Part shown: positions 29,301-37,400 of the stretch, one piece after another | How positions within the stretch are numbered: position 1 is the stretch's first letter | Layout of the letters: every line of letters begins with the position of its first letter | IMG/VR virus record: IMGVR_UViG_3300002026_000025 | Location: 71,313 to 135,312 of that record | Strand: one strand, 5' to 3' | Source of the DNA: a virus | Length of the DNA stretch: 64,000 nucleotides | The notes under the pieces: model-generated | The model's input: the letters and a program-made list of their open reading frames with translations, nothing else | Told to the model about the DNA's origin: nothing | Database searches by the model: none | Position numbers and translations under genes: made by a program

Positions 29301-30421
29301 TGCGGATCAATCAGGTGCTTTTTAACTTTTTTACCTAACCAACTGGCTGCTGTTTGTGAAGCAAGAGTACCACCAACATTACCAGCTAACTCTATATTAC
29401 TCGGCCCACCTATTTCTACTGCATCTTTAGCTTGGTCTGAGGCCATATCTGCCATCCCTATCCCCACCCGAAAGTCATTCATGGTGGAACTGACTTTATC
29501 AACAATAGATGACTTAACACTCTTAAATATGTTGTCTAAATAATCACCATTACCACCAAATAAACTATGGGACATAGTCTCATAAAACTTATTTTTAAAT
29601 ACTTGACTTCTAAATTCGGAACCATTGATCTTAACATAATCAGGAAGAGCTGTGTTCTTAACTATTTTTTCGTAAGAAGTATTATGTAACGCAAAACTTC
29701 GCTTTGATTCTTCTAGAATATCCTGCATTGCAAACAACTGGCGAAACTGTACTTCAAGTGTCTTCTTTTGAAAATTAAATGTTATGTTTCTTTGATACTG
29801 GTCTAAACTAGATAAAGATTGTGCAGCAGCATTTGTAGCTCCGAAAATATCCCGGTGACGAGATAACTCTATACCTTGTTGTAGTCTTGTATCAGCAGTA
29901 TCATCTGATCTATCTTTAGCTGCTTGTACAAATTGTTCTTTAAAAGCTTCGGTTAGTTGTATATTTAATATGCTCTCCCTTTGCTCATCTTTACTAGCTG
30001 CTCTATAATTATTATCTTTTTCTTCTTCCCACCGTTTGAGCATATCTGCCACCGATTTAGGTACAAATGAAGAATCTTTTGGAACTATTTTAGCAGCTAT
30101 TTTTTTAAATTCTTTTAATGCAGGCTTTATTTCTTTAACGCTATCGTCATATATACTTTTAACATTTTGACTAATTTTATCAGAAAAATCCATTGTTTTT
30201 CCGAAACCTGGCGGTAATGTATCTTTAAGAGTTTTCTTTATAAAACTGGTTGCTGACAACCCTTCTTTAACACCTTGAAGTGCACCAGCTCCAAGTTTTG
30301 TAACAGGTGATCTATCATCTTTAGGTGGTTCCGTATCGAAGTCAAAATCACCCATATCTAAATCGGAGTCTAGTTTGAAACTATCATCGATAATTTCATT
30401 TTTAATTTTACCTTTTTTCAT
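20390..30421 (-). CDS. Giant tail-associated protein (phiKZ gp181-like): internal S74-type domain, six internal repeats, M15 peptidase and lytic transglycosylase
   Basis: SLT motifs AVESDF, GLYQF...TW, YLSHFLG; M15 motifs SGFRT, SMHEFGLAID, EDWHIE; S74-like SDINAKK...WNYK...GPMAQ...AAIQEL; divergent from the vRNAP genes as in phiKZ. Confidence 0.88.
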   Translation of the reverse strand: MKKGKIKNEIIDDSFKLDSDLDMGDFDFDTEPPKDDRSPVTKLGAGALQGVKEGLSATSFIKKTLKDTLPPGFGKTMDFSDKISQNVKSIYDDSVKEIKPALKEFKKIAAKIVPKDSSFVPKSVADMLKRWEEEKDNNYRAASKDEQRESILNIQLTEAFKEQFVQAAKDRSDDTADTRLQQGIELSRHRDIFGATNAAAQSLSSLDQYQRNITFNFQKKTLEVQFRQLFAMQDILEESKRSFALHNTSYEKIVKNTALPDYVKINGSEFRSQVFKNKFYETMSHSLFGGNGDYLDNIFKSVKSSIVDKVSSTMNDFRVGIGMADMASDQAKDAVEIGGPSNIELAGNVGGTLASQTAASWLGKKVKKHLIDPHEGIQRLGKQAEKFIDNKDRYLNDFRKSDKYQETYDDSQPWTKKVFNWFMRTAQEAMPGQGTDVAMQTTNNRDMDSPFVLTRRTDKTLNEIIPGYLSRILREVQVIRTGDNNIEATRYDFNKNEFVTRSQAIINAKKRLFNTEDFKEDHRSVDELLKALDPTGEKIKANTKEKIKEVLLANEEKITNSSIGGLINKLDPSGRLLSPEIKKQLKKLLLSRSKTGGDKAKDIDVLMNMIDGSNLSESAQKEFRTKLIKNSTDNNFADEKNLTQGLSRENRAEITKLLSDFFNKNSNQNQRDEFINKHNSLSDNISDPRSEIQSMVSHGDSDIVREIGLLDDRNQFKKENYLEALTGNVDISELGVKEKEPVGTPTPRRLKPSRSKVGRTVPSDINAKKDFKRFPGAKALDAIRKTAVSAWNYKKGKGDEASHVGPMAQTVNQTMGPDAAPNANKIDLVTMNGMNMAAIQELDKQQQEEPIRNNKKQTSHLTGIDDSLNDHLLNIRCLLEEIRDVSKAGVAVSLDSNATNFNFDFGKFKTGGFKFDSFKKWYDNIKDKTNDTVNKFANKKEVKNDDEQSKENKDVSDDKQHFDNTFPGKLASLIYNFSRGTGKVYNSAKDNVKKNAPIVKDKLITAKDAIGEKAIQTFTNTKAWYVNDVYDIYFEGEKTPRLYAIKILNGQYFNLKTKQIIIHQREITGPIAHKDDLGKILISEEDLPRLYTRNPKSLAFRLLNKVGDSLKSAGGLITKYTPSIFKFSKELIEGAWSNVKTFSNKAYSFIDEPIDIYVKGDELPTLLAIIMKSGGYFSCLTGKPVIRPGEIDGPIKGADGNTILSIDHIKKGLVDHNGDPIKTPLDKLKGVLGGAIKDGIRLGALAWEGVKTFGKKASKVLGNFFSEFSIEINGKKSLTVLEQIRDFLYYRFDNKDISSHIDFTPKDETKKTEETTVETKDKTAPIEEPKPKSASGLETKANELKAKAESIIEETKSKLKDIYVAGEADPRITEVKLKLGQYRDKITKVTIKDVKDITGAVIDELDKEVISAQEVVKLNYLDVKDKIFKKLGNTVRSAANSSIVSNTTNLIPINVKDAVTGVIDKAKDALSDAKDKVMDVYAEASGDPVLYAQKLKDGLYRDKNTDKVITHQSDITGEVVDEHNNTVIRRDQLKTLSTFNIETKGFKPLRLAGRIIKSIIKPLWHFQTVVAPKMVAWNFKMLGKGLKATGKLLFGREKVRDVFVDGEREPRLYATKLELGHYRDKQTNKVIYHQNDIIGEVIDENDQVKLFDEDLDKLQVSNSILRIPFRVLGWVTKKFAKGFKDLGKAVIGGMFKGGLWASKKMLGFIGQGIKKTFNWLSKPGDVYVVSRPKDPALRGELMKTGEYVTKSGKTVCVIDDIDGEVKDSKGEVKISEEDIKEGLIDGQGRPIKLSLTTKIFQTIGKVLGKVNRFFSYKRALKGVRTTIGKKPEDVQTEPTKDSTVAAVEGTTGKVEKTNNILSDIFTFLKEKINPAKLSAPVPESAAPVTPMKATPSVLGPTKKLKKLPVGGTKKSTKSLTKPSGIKIKAAASAAVKESSVLGPNTSVSTPEEQATAVNTEKTTGVLTEILNLVKSKFKPKKIIGDTDGDGVRENSVKDLIRKKGLLEAGKDKLKGAANTIKDKIAKKADEAGISFKLPGILGKMYDKFFGKKDPAIEVAEDSLDQLTQIKYLLAKQTIGGGGPDIPDGPDKKNKSRGSRTRPGRTIPGRGGMGGRITGRMAGMGGRASLGMLGPLAGTAMAGYSGYSAYNNFKEGNYVDGALDTGMAVGGAALTYATMGGTVAGASAALGTAGTTIAGGAAAVAGVISLPVVAAVAATALVGYGVYKGYKYFTKNNMSPIEKIRYVQYGFDKNKTDDVSKVLGLESYISDFVTVHEASGSVIINGSKIDIKEMMSPFGLDSKNEKDTALFMEWFQERFKPVYITHCTAMKGITGKIDLSKFSDFKDEEKKKYIDSIKFPEGPYGFTRLPSKDLDSDYKVSGSAEVTAVIEEVLKELKLDDSKGEKKLIEEKKDTNKTAPPLNTEESDAEQNPANDKDSLLNKDNKDKLKAMDKTVDVNSSVTKKMLVGDNQASPLEAIRFKAYGLVELDVGKVRALKQLEKEVNLEVTYKDNKIAGWNGSPIKLLDKMLGSFGITDVLGKEAGDWASWFTNRFLPVYTGYLTGFMVYTGKPANENSSDNLLKPIQRVDLSVVISGLSGVWSSSRSPWPGYILNTDSNSVVYNIEFLKSVAKEAKITEDKKAYSPKPTVDPKLNTPKTEGVLDVKKPEQTVYNNEIYSESAEVKPKKTTNIVSEKSNIAGYQQPSMVGGPLADGSSGVNAIKLDKGVSLDGVNPEFLKLFNGMVQEYNEKTKKNIIVTSGFRTYEQQVAAKKKHGASAATPGNSMHEFGLAIDADSDALDEMEKLGLMKKYGLTRPVGGEDWHIEPAGLQTRPDGFKRNSGASEAIKSSVGRGGGGLGTVPGAKRYSRNTAMAMKLLSAPTDPNVKDEVDKKINSSLPVTNIGAGRGNINPSNVTQEANAYDQEKNTQTAYVAPTVEEPVNGENKPAPVTDVGSADLDKKENKMPADPTVKIPAITKPGVEGVKEVVKASAKFVGVDENIALSTVAVESDFKPNASGGGAGAKGLYQFLDSTWDEQLNRYGNKYGLETNASPFDAKANSILGANYIKQNNSSLSKNIKGEVGPTEIYLSHFLGLSGAIKFLMARDSDPSQIGAKLFSAAAKSNKNIFYDKSRPRTIGEIYDYLKNKVNEKAKLYGINLPDSNKTKSTNVKQKVQSDSSPNISTTNAPKLDVKRDNVIPNNVKSANTELLTHDEETTDNTPTDKLIKQTKPTAKETMSSLGKSPMNENYGFNPALFNKKEEVNQNVISKELFKTTETLLGQSLEVEKQMLDVLKKMFGVMSTNTPNKEDMPTKEAPIVQKNTSKPQQQGTYIAPRVPIPMMKSIA

Positions 30422-30527
30422 TTTTTTGACTTTCTTTAAATTAAAATATTTTTGACCAATTAAATGAGTTCATTTATATCATAGTCAACTCATAGGTTGT
30501 CTATTTTTAATAGGAAATATTTTTACT

Positions 30528-31976
30528 GTGAAATCTTCAAACATCCCATTTAACTTAGACATTTTAAAATTAACACCGGAAGTAACTAGTCGATTAAGAG
30601 CAATAACATCTTTAGATATATATACTTCTGCTACAAAAAATTTTCACCCAGATGGGTTGTATAGCACATTAACTTTCGGTACTGTAGGTAGCGAAGCTAG
30701 ATCTTCGAGATATGGATTTATTGATTTAAAGATATCGGTATTTCAACCTACTATTTATGGTGCATTACTAAAACTTAAAAGCTTTTATGGTGATATTATA
30801 TCCGGTAGAGAATTTGCATTATGGGATATTGATTCTAGTGATTTTATTAAATCAAATTCATTAGAAGGTCAAACTGGCTTTGAATTTTTTGTAGAACATT
30901 GGCAAAAAATAATATTCCCTAGTAGACCTAGTGTCACTCGTGAACAAAATATTGCCATGATAGAGAAATACAAAAAAGTAGCTTTAACAGATAAAGTTAT
31001 AGTAATGCCGGCGGGTTACAGAGATATGGAAATTGATGATACTGGAAGAGAGAGTTCAGATGAAATAAATAAACTGTATTATAAGCTAATTGCAATATCA
31101 AATACAATTAATGCATCTACTGTAAAAATATCACCAGAAGCGTACAATGGACAAAGGATATCTTTACAAAATACATTTGTAGAAATATATGAATATATAT
31201 TAGCTATCATTGAAGGTAAGAAGAATTTACTAATGGGTAAATGGGCTAGTAGAAAAGTTTTTAATGGTACTCGTAATGTAATTACGAGTATGGATACTAC
31301 CAGTCAATTTTTAAATGGTGCAAACAATGTTAGCATTAATGATACTGATGTTGGTATTTATCAATGCATGAAAGCAATGCTACCTGTTTCAAGATATCAA
31401 CTCAAAAATGGTTTCTTGTCCAGTGTATTTACTGGACCTAGTGCACCAGCTCTATTGACAAATAAAAAAACATTATTATCCGAAAGAGTAAATATTAAAA
31501 CTGATGTTTATAATGAATGGATGACTAATGAAGGTTTAGATAATTTTATCAGTACTTATAAAGAAACCAGTATTCGTGCAAATCCAATAATTATTGATGA
31601 TTGCTATTTGGGATTAGTTTATAAAGGTCCGGATGGTACATTTAAACTTATTCATGGTATAGATGAATTACCAGAAAATAGAAAAAAAGAAGATTGTATA
31701 CCAATATCAATGGTGTATTTATTTTATTGTAGTATTTATTATATTGCTAATAAATATCCTGGTTATATAACACGCTACCCAATCTTAGGTCCTGGTTCAA
31801 TTTATCCAAGTCACTTGCGTTTAAAATCTACAATCAAAACAGAAGTAAGAAAAGAATTAGGTGAAGATTGGGAACCTTTAAGTGAGGATAGAGTAGCGTA
31901 TGAATTCCCAACAAATACAGATTACTTTAATTCTTTTTCACCACATTCTTGTAGATTGTCAAAATTATCAGCTGAT
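30528..31976 (+). CDS. Virion RNA polymerase beta' catalytic subunit (phiKZ gp180-like), exon 1 (483 codons, ends ...LSAD)
   Basis: FHPDGLYS, GKWASRKVFNGTRNVIT, TRYP; ends at the AD of ADFDGD, with U at the 5' splice site. Confidence 0.9.
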
Positions 31977-33957
31977 CATCTTTAAATTAATATTTTGGAC
32001 ATTTTGAAAACATATAGTATGTGTAAACAAACTGAAAGTACTGTATGTTGAAAGAATATGTTGAGATAAATGGTTTTATTCGCATACCGTTGACAGCAGG
32101 TCGATACTGCATTTCTTTAGATGGAAAAGTCATCGGTGAAGACGGTAAGGAAATATTGAAAACCATAGATGAAGATGGAGATCTTCAAATATGGGGAGAA
32201 TTATACAATGGTTACCAGTTTTACAAAGTTGCTTTGTTATCGGTTATATGTTTTAAATCAATTAAGATTTCTTGGCAACAATGGGATAAACTCGGTGTTA
32301 TGTTTATTGATGGCAATAGGTTAAATATCCATCCCAGTAATTTAATATTAAAACTACCCAAGGGTGGTTTAGAGCACCCTAAACACAATGGGTTTTATTA
32401 TATACCAGGATGCAGTTATTACCTAATCGATAAATATGGGCGTGTGTACTCTAGGACCAGTGATAGAATGATAACTATATATAACCTTGAGTCAGGGTAT
32501 CGTTCCTACAGTATACGAACAGATTTAGGTGAAAAATATACACTTGGCAGACACCGTGCGTTAGCATTAGCTTTCTTAGAATACACTGCAAATGTAGATG
32601 ACCTCGATGTTAATCACATTAATGGAATTCGAGGAAGCGATGATTTATCTAATTTAGAATGGTGCACACGACAACACAATTGTAATCACGCATATGCTAA
32701 TAATTTACGAACAGATAATAAACACATATTAGTGAAAAATATTTATACTGATGAAATAATAGATTATTATAGTAGAGGTGATTGTTCAAGGCGAACAGGT
32801 GTATTAGATGTAACAGTTGATTATAGGACCAAAACAGATGGTCAGGTTGTTTTTGACGACTGTTTTTTATATAAGAAAAAAGATAGCTTATCTGATTGGA
32901 TTGATTTAGCTACAGCGATATCCACTAATGCATTCATTAGATTCAAAACACCAGTTAAAGTTAAAAATGTTTTAACGGGTGAAATAGTAGTCTACGAGAG
33001 CATAACTGCGGCAGCCGCCGCTACTGGAATTGAAAGGGGGACAATTGATCTCAGATTGGTTAAAAATGCAAATACAGATTACGTTTTTGGATACCAATTT
33101 AAATCAATTGAAGATAAAACAGATTGGCTAGATATTAAAAATTCTACATTGGTTAATTTAAGAACTGAAGTCAAAATTAAAGACATAAAAACTGGTACTA
33201 TTACAACTCATGATAGTATCAAAAGTGCGAGTATATTTACAAATATACCCAAAAATAGAATTGAATATATACTTAAGACTAACAATGAAAAAGCATATAT
33301 GGGTTATCAATTTAAATACTTTCTTGATTCAACTGAATGGCTTGACATAACCGATATAAACTACGGTTATAAAAAAATCAATGCTTCTAGAAAAGTCGAA
33401 TGTTCGGATACTTCCACAAACAGCATTAGAATATTCGATACATTAAGAGAAGCGGAGAGAGTAACTGGAGTTTCAGTTAGAACAATTAGAGAGCATTTAT
33501 CTAACCCGGAACATAAAAGCTATAAAAATCTGAAATTTTCAGAAAAACTAAATTAATTATATCGACTTGAAATTTATTTCATGGATTAATTTATTGCGAA
33601 TAAATCTTTTTATAAAGATATTAATTTATAAACAGGTCCTACTATTCAGTAATGGATAGATAGAATCCTTTTGAATTGCTGGAACCACTCGCTAGACTAA
33701 TATACTACAATAGCCACGAAAGTAGACTATGAAAGTTTGAAAAATATTAGGTAGAGTCAATCAGCCCCTAAGCTCCTCTATGTAGAAATACAGTGGAGAA
33801 AGATCAACGGCCATCCCGTAGCTGGGAGTAGGGAACAGTGTTCCCGAAGTGGAAGGCTTCCAATCTATTGGAAGAAGATATGGTCTGCTCCTGTGCGAGA
33901 GTACAGGCAGGTGTTGTAGCACACCGGGTTAGAGTAACGAACTAACCGGACAATAGG
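31977..33957 (+). mobile_element. Group I intron 1 (IA-like) carrying an HNH endonuclease gene
   Basis: Core elements: P AATTGCTGGAA 33674, Q AATCAGC 33759, R TCAACGGCCA ~33804, S AAGATATGGTC ~33875; terminal G at 33957; splicing restores the frame. Confidence 0.88.
32045..33556 (+). CDS. Intron-encoded HNH homing endonuclease with NUMOD-type DNA-binding repeats
   Basis: HRALALAF...VNHINGIRGSDDLSNLEWCT..N..HA; a degenerate earlier HNH-like unit (FIDGNRLNIHPSNL); four C-terminal repeats of type VKN..TGEI..Y.SI..AA..TG. Confidence 0.9.
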   Translation: MLKEYVEINGFIRIPLTAGRYCISLDGKVIGEDGKEILKTIDEDGDLQIWGELYNGYQFYKVALLSVICFKSIKISWQQWDKLGVMFIDGNRLNIHPSNLILKLPKGGLEHPKHNGFYYIPGCSYYLIDKYGRVYSRTSDRMITIYNLESGYRSYSIRTDLGEKYTLGRHRALALAFLEYTANVDDLDVNHINGIRGSDDLSNLEWCTRQHNCNHAYANNLRTDNKHILVKNIYTDEIIDYYSRGDCSRRTGVLDVTVDYRTKTDGQVVFDDCFLYKKKDSLSDWIDLATAISTNAFIRFKTPVKVKNVLTGEIVVYESITAAAAATGIERGTIDLRLVKNANTDYVFGYQFKSIEDKTDWLDIKNSTLVNLRTEVKIKDIKTGTITTHDSIKSASIFTNIPKNRIEYILKTNNEKAYMGYQFKYFLDSTEWLDITDINYGYKKINASRKVECSDTSTNSIRIFDTLREAERVTGVSVRTIREHLSNPEHKSYKNLKFSEKLN

Positions 33958-33966
33958 TTTGACGGT
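33958..33966 (+). CDS. vRNAP beta' exon 2: 9-nt micro-exon TTT GAC GGT (Phe-Asp-Gly)
   Basis: Preceded by G, ends in U; GACGGU pairs with GCCGUC (33977-33982) with a U.G at the splice site; supplies the missing FDG. Confidence 0.88.
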
Positions 33967-34304
33967 AAATATCACTGCCGTCACTAAAACTTTTCTAATT
34001 GCTGGAAACTCTTGAAGATAAAACAACTACTGCGAAGCGAAAGCTAAAGCGAACTCTGTAAGGAGTCTAGAGAATTTATTCTCTAAAAGTTTGAAAATGT
34101 TTTATTATAAGACAATCAGCAGCCAAGACCCTAAAGCCAAATGCCATGGGTAAGGTTCAACGACTATCCCGTAAGGGAGTACATCCAAGTGGATGGAAAT
34201 GGAAGTTACTATTTTTATAGTAAAGATATAGTCTGTTCTATATGGAGACATATAGCTGTATTAATTATACGGGTGGGGATTAACGAACCCTATTGAACAC
34301 AAAG
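33967..34304 (+). ncRNA. Group I intron 2 (338 nt, no ORF, IA-like)
   Basis: P1 as above; P AATTGCTGGAAA 33997, Q AATCAGCAG 34114, R GTTCAACGACTA 34155, P7.1/P7.2 hairpins, S AAGATATAGTC 34223; terminal G at 34304. Confidence 0.92.
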
Positions 34305-34463
34305 GATACAAGTTCATGCACTGTTGCTTATTCCGATGAGTCTATAAAGGAAGTAGATGATTTTTTTAAATCAAAAATTGCTTATATTGGGACAGACGGA
34401 AAATTTTCTGCAAATTTAGAAACCGATACTGTGAAATTCATACTACAAAATCTAACGAGTTAA
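34305..34463 (+). CDS. vRNAP beta' exon 3 (52 aa), not in the ORF track
   Basis: DTSSCTVAYSDESIKEVDDFFKSKIAYIGTDGKFSANLETDTVKFILQNLTS*; the spliced product is 538 aa with LSADFDGDT and stops 2 nt before the next gene. Confidence 0.9.
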   Translation, partial: DTSSCTVAYSDESIKEVDDFFKSKIAYIGTDGKFSANLETDTVKFILQNLTS

Positions 34464-34465
34464 CC

Positions 34466-37400
34466 ATGATTACATATCAATTATTTTATAGAAAATACGG
34501 GATTAGATTTGTTCAACAAATAATGACTCCGCCTATTTCAGATGTAATGTTATTAGATTTACCTATGAAATCTATTTATCATTATTTTCCAACAGATGGT
34601 GTTAACGATGGACCGCCTAGTGATGAATACTTGTTTAGAAATATAAAAAAGCCAATATTAATAAATAATGTTTTTGATGTAGGTTCTCAATTAGGGAGTC
34701 CAAGAAAACAAACAATTAATATTAATACAGCTGTTAGAGATTATTATAATCAAAACAGAAGAATGCGACCATTGAGAAATGTAGTTTTGGCCAGTAAGGA
34801 CCCAAATACTTTAATTGTTTGTAACTACTGTTTAATTAATAAATCGTACAAATATGTAAGAAGTTTTTATACCGAGTATTACAAATGGTATAATATTTTC
34901 TCCGCAGTAGTTAAAAATATTGCAGAGTTATCAGCTGAATCAAGTAACCATCATTTTATTTTAAGTGGTTCGCCTAAAATTATCCCAAGTTTAAATCAAC
35001 TCAACTTAGCTAGTGGCGCTGAAATGAGTACGGGTTTACTTAAAACATTTAATTCAAATGAAGCTTATTTATTATTAGAACTTTGGAAGTGGTTAAGTGA
35101 AAATAGGCAGAATAGCTTATTTGCTAAAATACCAAATAATAAAATAGATCTTGTAAATATTATCTATATTGAAACTGGTAAATGGTGTATTTTAAACTTA
35201 GGTGTTCTTAATAGTTTTAGAATGTCCGTAGAAGAAAAAAGTGATGATAAATTTATTATTGAATCTAAGATAACATTATCGCCAGAACAAATACAAAAAC
35301 GTTTGTTAAAGATGACCATGACAATCATGGAGTGTAGAACTATAACAACGAATGTCAGTGATGTGGTTGCAGATGAACCAAAGGAAATATCTGTAATAAC
35401 AGGTAATGCTATTGAAATTGATGATGAAATTCAAACTGATTCATTTGACAATGACAAAGAAATTGATGTAACTGAAATTAACAATTTTACCCCAATTGAC
35501 ACAGTATCACCTGAATCAGATATGCCTATAGATGAACAGTTGATAGTTTCGGATGATACTGAGTTTCTAGAAGAAGATCAGGAAATTATAAAACAAAGAA
35601 TTATTGATGAAGATGCACTTATTGACAAAGATCTGGCACAGTTAAATGATATTGCAAAAAAACAAGATGAAACTGAAGAGCAAGACATAAACACATTTAA
35701 AGATATTATCAATGAGCCAATACAAACATTGGAAAATGCAATACTCAAAAAATGTGATAAATTAGCAGATGATGGTTTATTGACTGCTGGTGAATACAGA
35801 AGATTTTCTAAACTAGCTAATTCATATAAACAAATACTCTCTCCTGACGATGTTACCCTATTATCCGAATTTATTGTTATTAAACCAGGAGATTTAAAAA
35901 TAACTGAATCATCTACAATGGTAGATAACACTGCAATCATCGATAAAACAATGTTGAAATCTAGTTTAATTGATTTTGATAGTAGATATATTAAAAACAT
36001 TTTAGCTAAAGATATTGCTAATGCAGTAATGTCTGTACAGAGAGCGGGTATTGCAGTTACAAATTACAAAGTGGAAAAAGTTGAAGATATTACTGGTGGC
36101 TTTGAAATACATACAGTTAAACTTACTCCAATTGAAGGAGCACCTTCTACTTTGAGATTTAAACTACCGTTAATTAATACAGATAGTACGTGGACTAGTT
36201 CAGACGTGAAATATTGTTTACGTAAACAGCGCGGTGACCTACCGATACGAAAGACAGCTTACAACAAAGTAGCACTCACTAGTTACTATGGCAAAACATT
36301 TATTAACCGAGCCAGAAAGAAAAATGCAAATTACAGCTATTGGTTACAAACTTTATTAATGCAAAAAGGTATTGACGATAACGATTTAGACATCACTGAT
36401 ATTGTACCTTCAAATGTATTTGATAATGCACTTAAATCACCTAAAGCTTATTCATCTATATCCATGGCATTTAAATCTTTTAAATGTAAAAATTTTACAT
36501 TTATGTTTGATAGGAAAGAAGTTTTATTAACTTATCCTGAAACAGTTTTAAAACATTTTGAGAAAAATGGTTCATTGGTTATTGGTTCTAATACATCAGG
36601 TGTTTATTTGATATTAGATAATAACAATTCTGTTTATATTACAGATAACTTGGAGTTAAAATTATTTGGTACAATTGAACAATTCTTAAATATTTCAACA
36701 CAAAACTCACCGGTGGAATATGCTGATATAAATGTATACGGTAAAGAAATCCCTATCGGGGTTATTTTGGGTTATAAAATTGGTCTGGATAAATTAATGG
36801 GGTTATTAAAAGCCGTACCAAGAAGAGTCAATGCTGGTAGTAGGTTAAATCTTGATAACAACGAATACGCAATAGCCTTCAGTGATGAGACATTAATTTT
36901 CAGTAAAGATGATAAATACGCCAGTATTATTCTATCTGGTTTTAATGAATATCATAGAGCTATTAAGATGTTCAGTGTATATAGTTTTGACAAAAGAGGT
37001 GTTTATCTTAACTTGCTAGATTCTGCTAACTTAGGTGTCAGGTACTTAAGAGAGATAGATTTAATGTACGATATGTTTATAGATGATATCACTAAAGATC
37101 TATTAATCGAAATGAAAGAACCTGTTACGTTTCAGGGTTTATTATTTCGCGCGTGTGAGATGTTAATGACCGACGAACATCCAGATGAACTCGATCCTAG
37201 ATTCATGCGTATCAAAGGTTACGAGAGAATTAGTGGTGCTGTCTACACTGAACTAGTTCAAGCTATTCGTGTACATAATGGTAAATTAGGCAAGTCTAAT
37301 AAACAAATTGAAATGAATCCATATGCAGTATGGAAGAGGGTTTCAGAAGATCCATCGAAATCACAAGTCAATGAAATCAATCCAATTAAAGCTTTGAAAG

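Noticed and set aside
30528-31985. vRNAP beta' as a truncated gene or pseudogene (ORF ends ADHL*)
   Set aside because: The missing FDG and DT... segments are present downstream as exons bounded by group I intron signatures.
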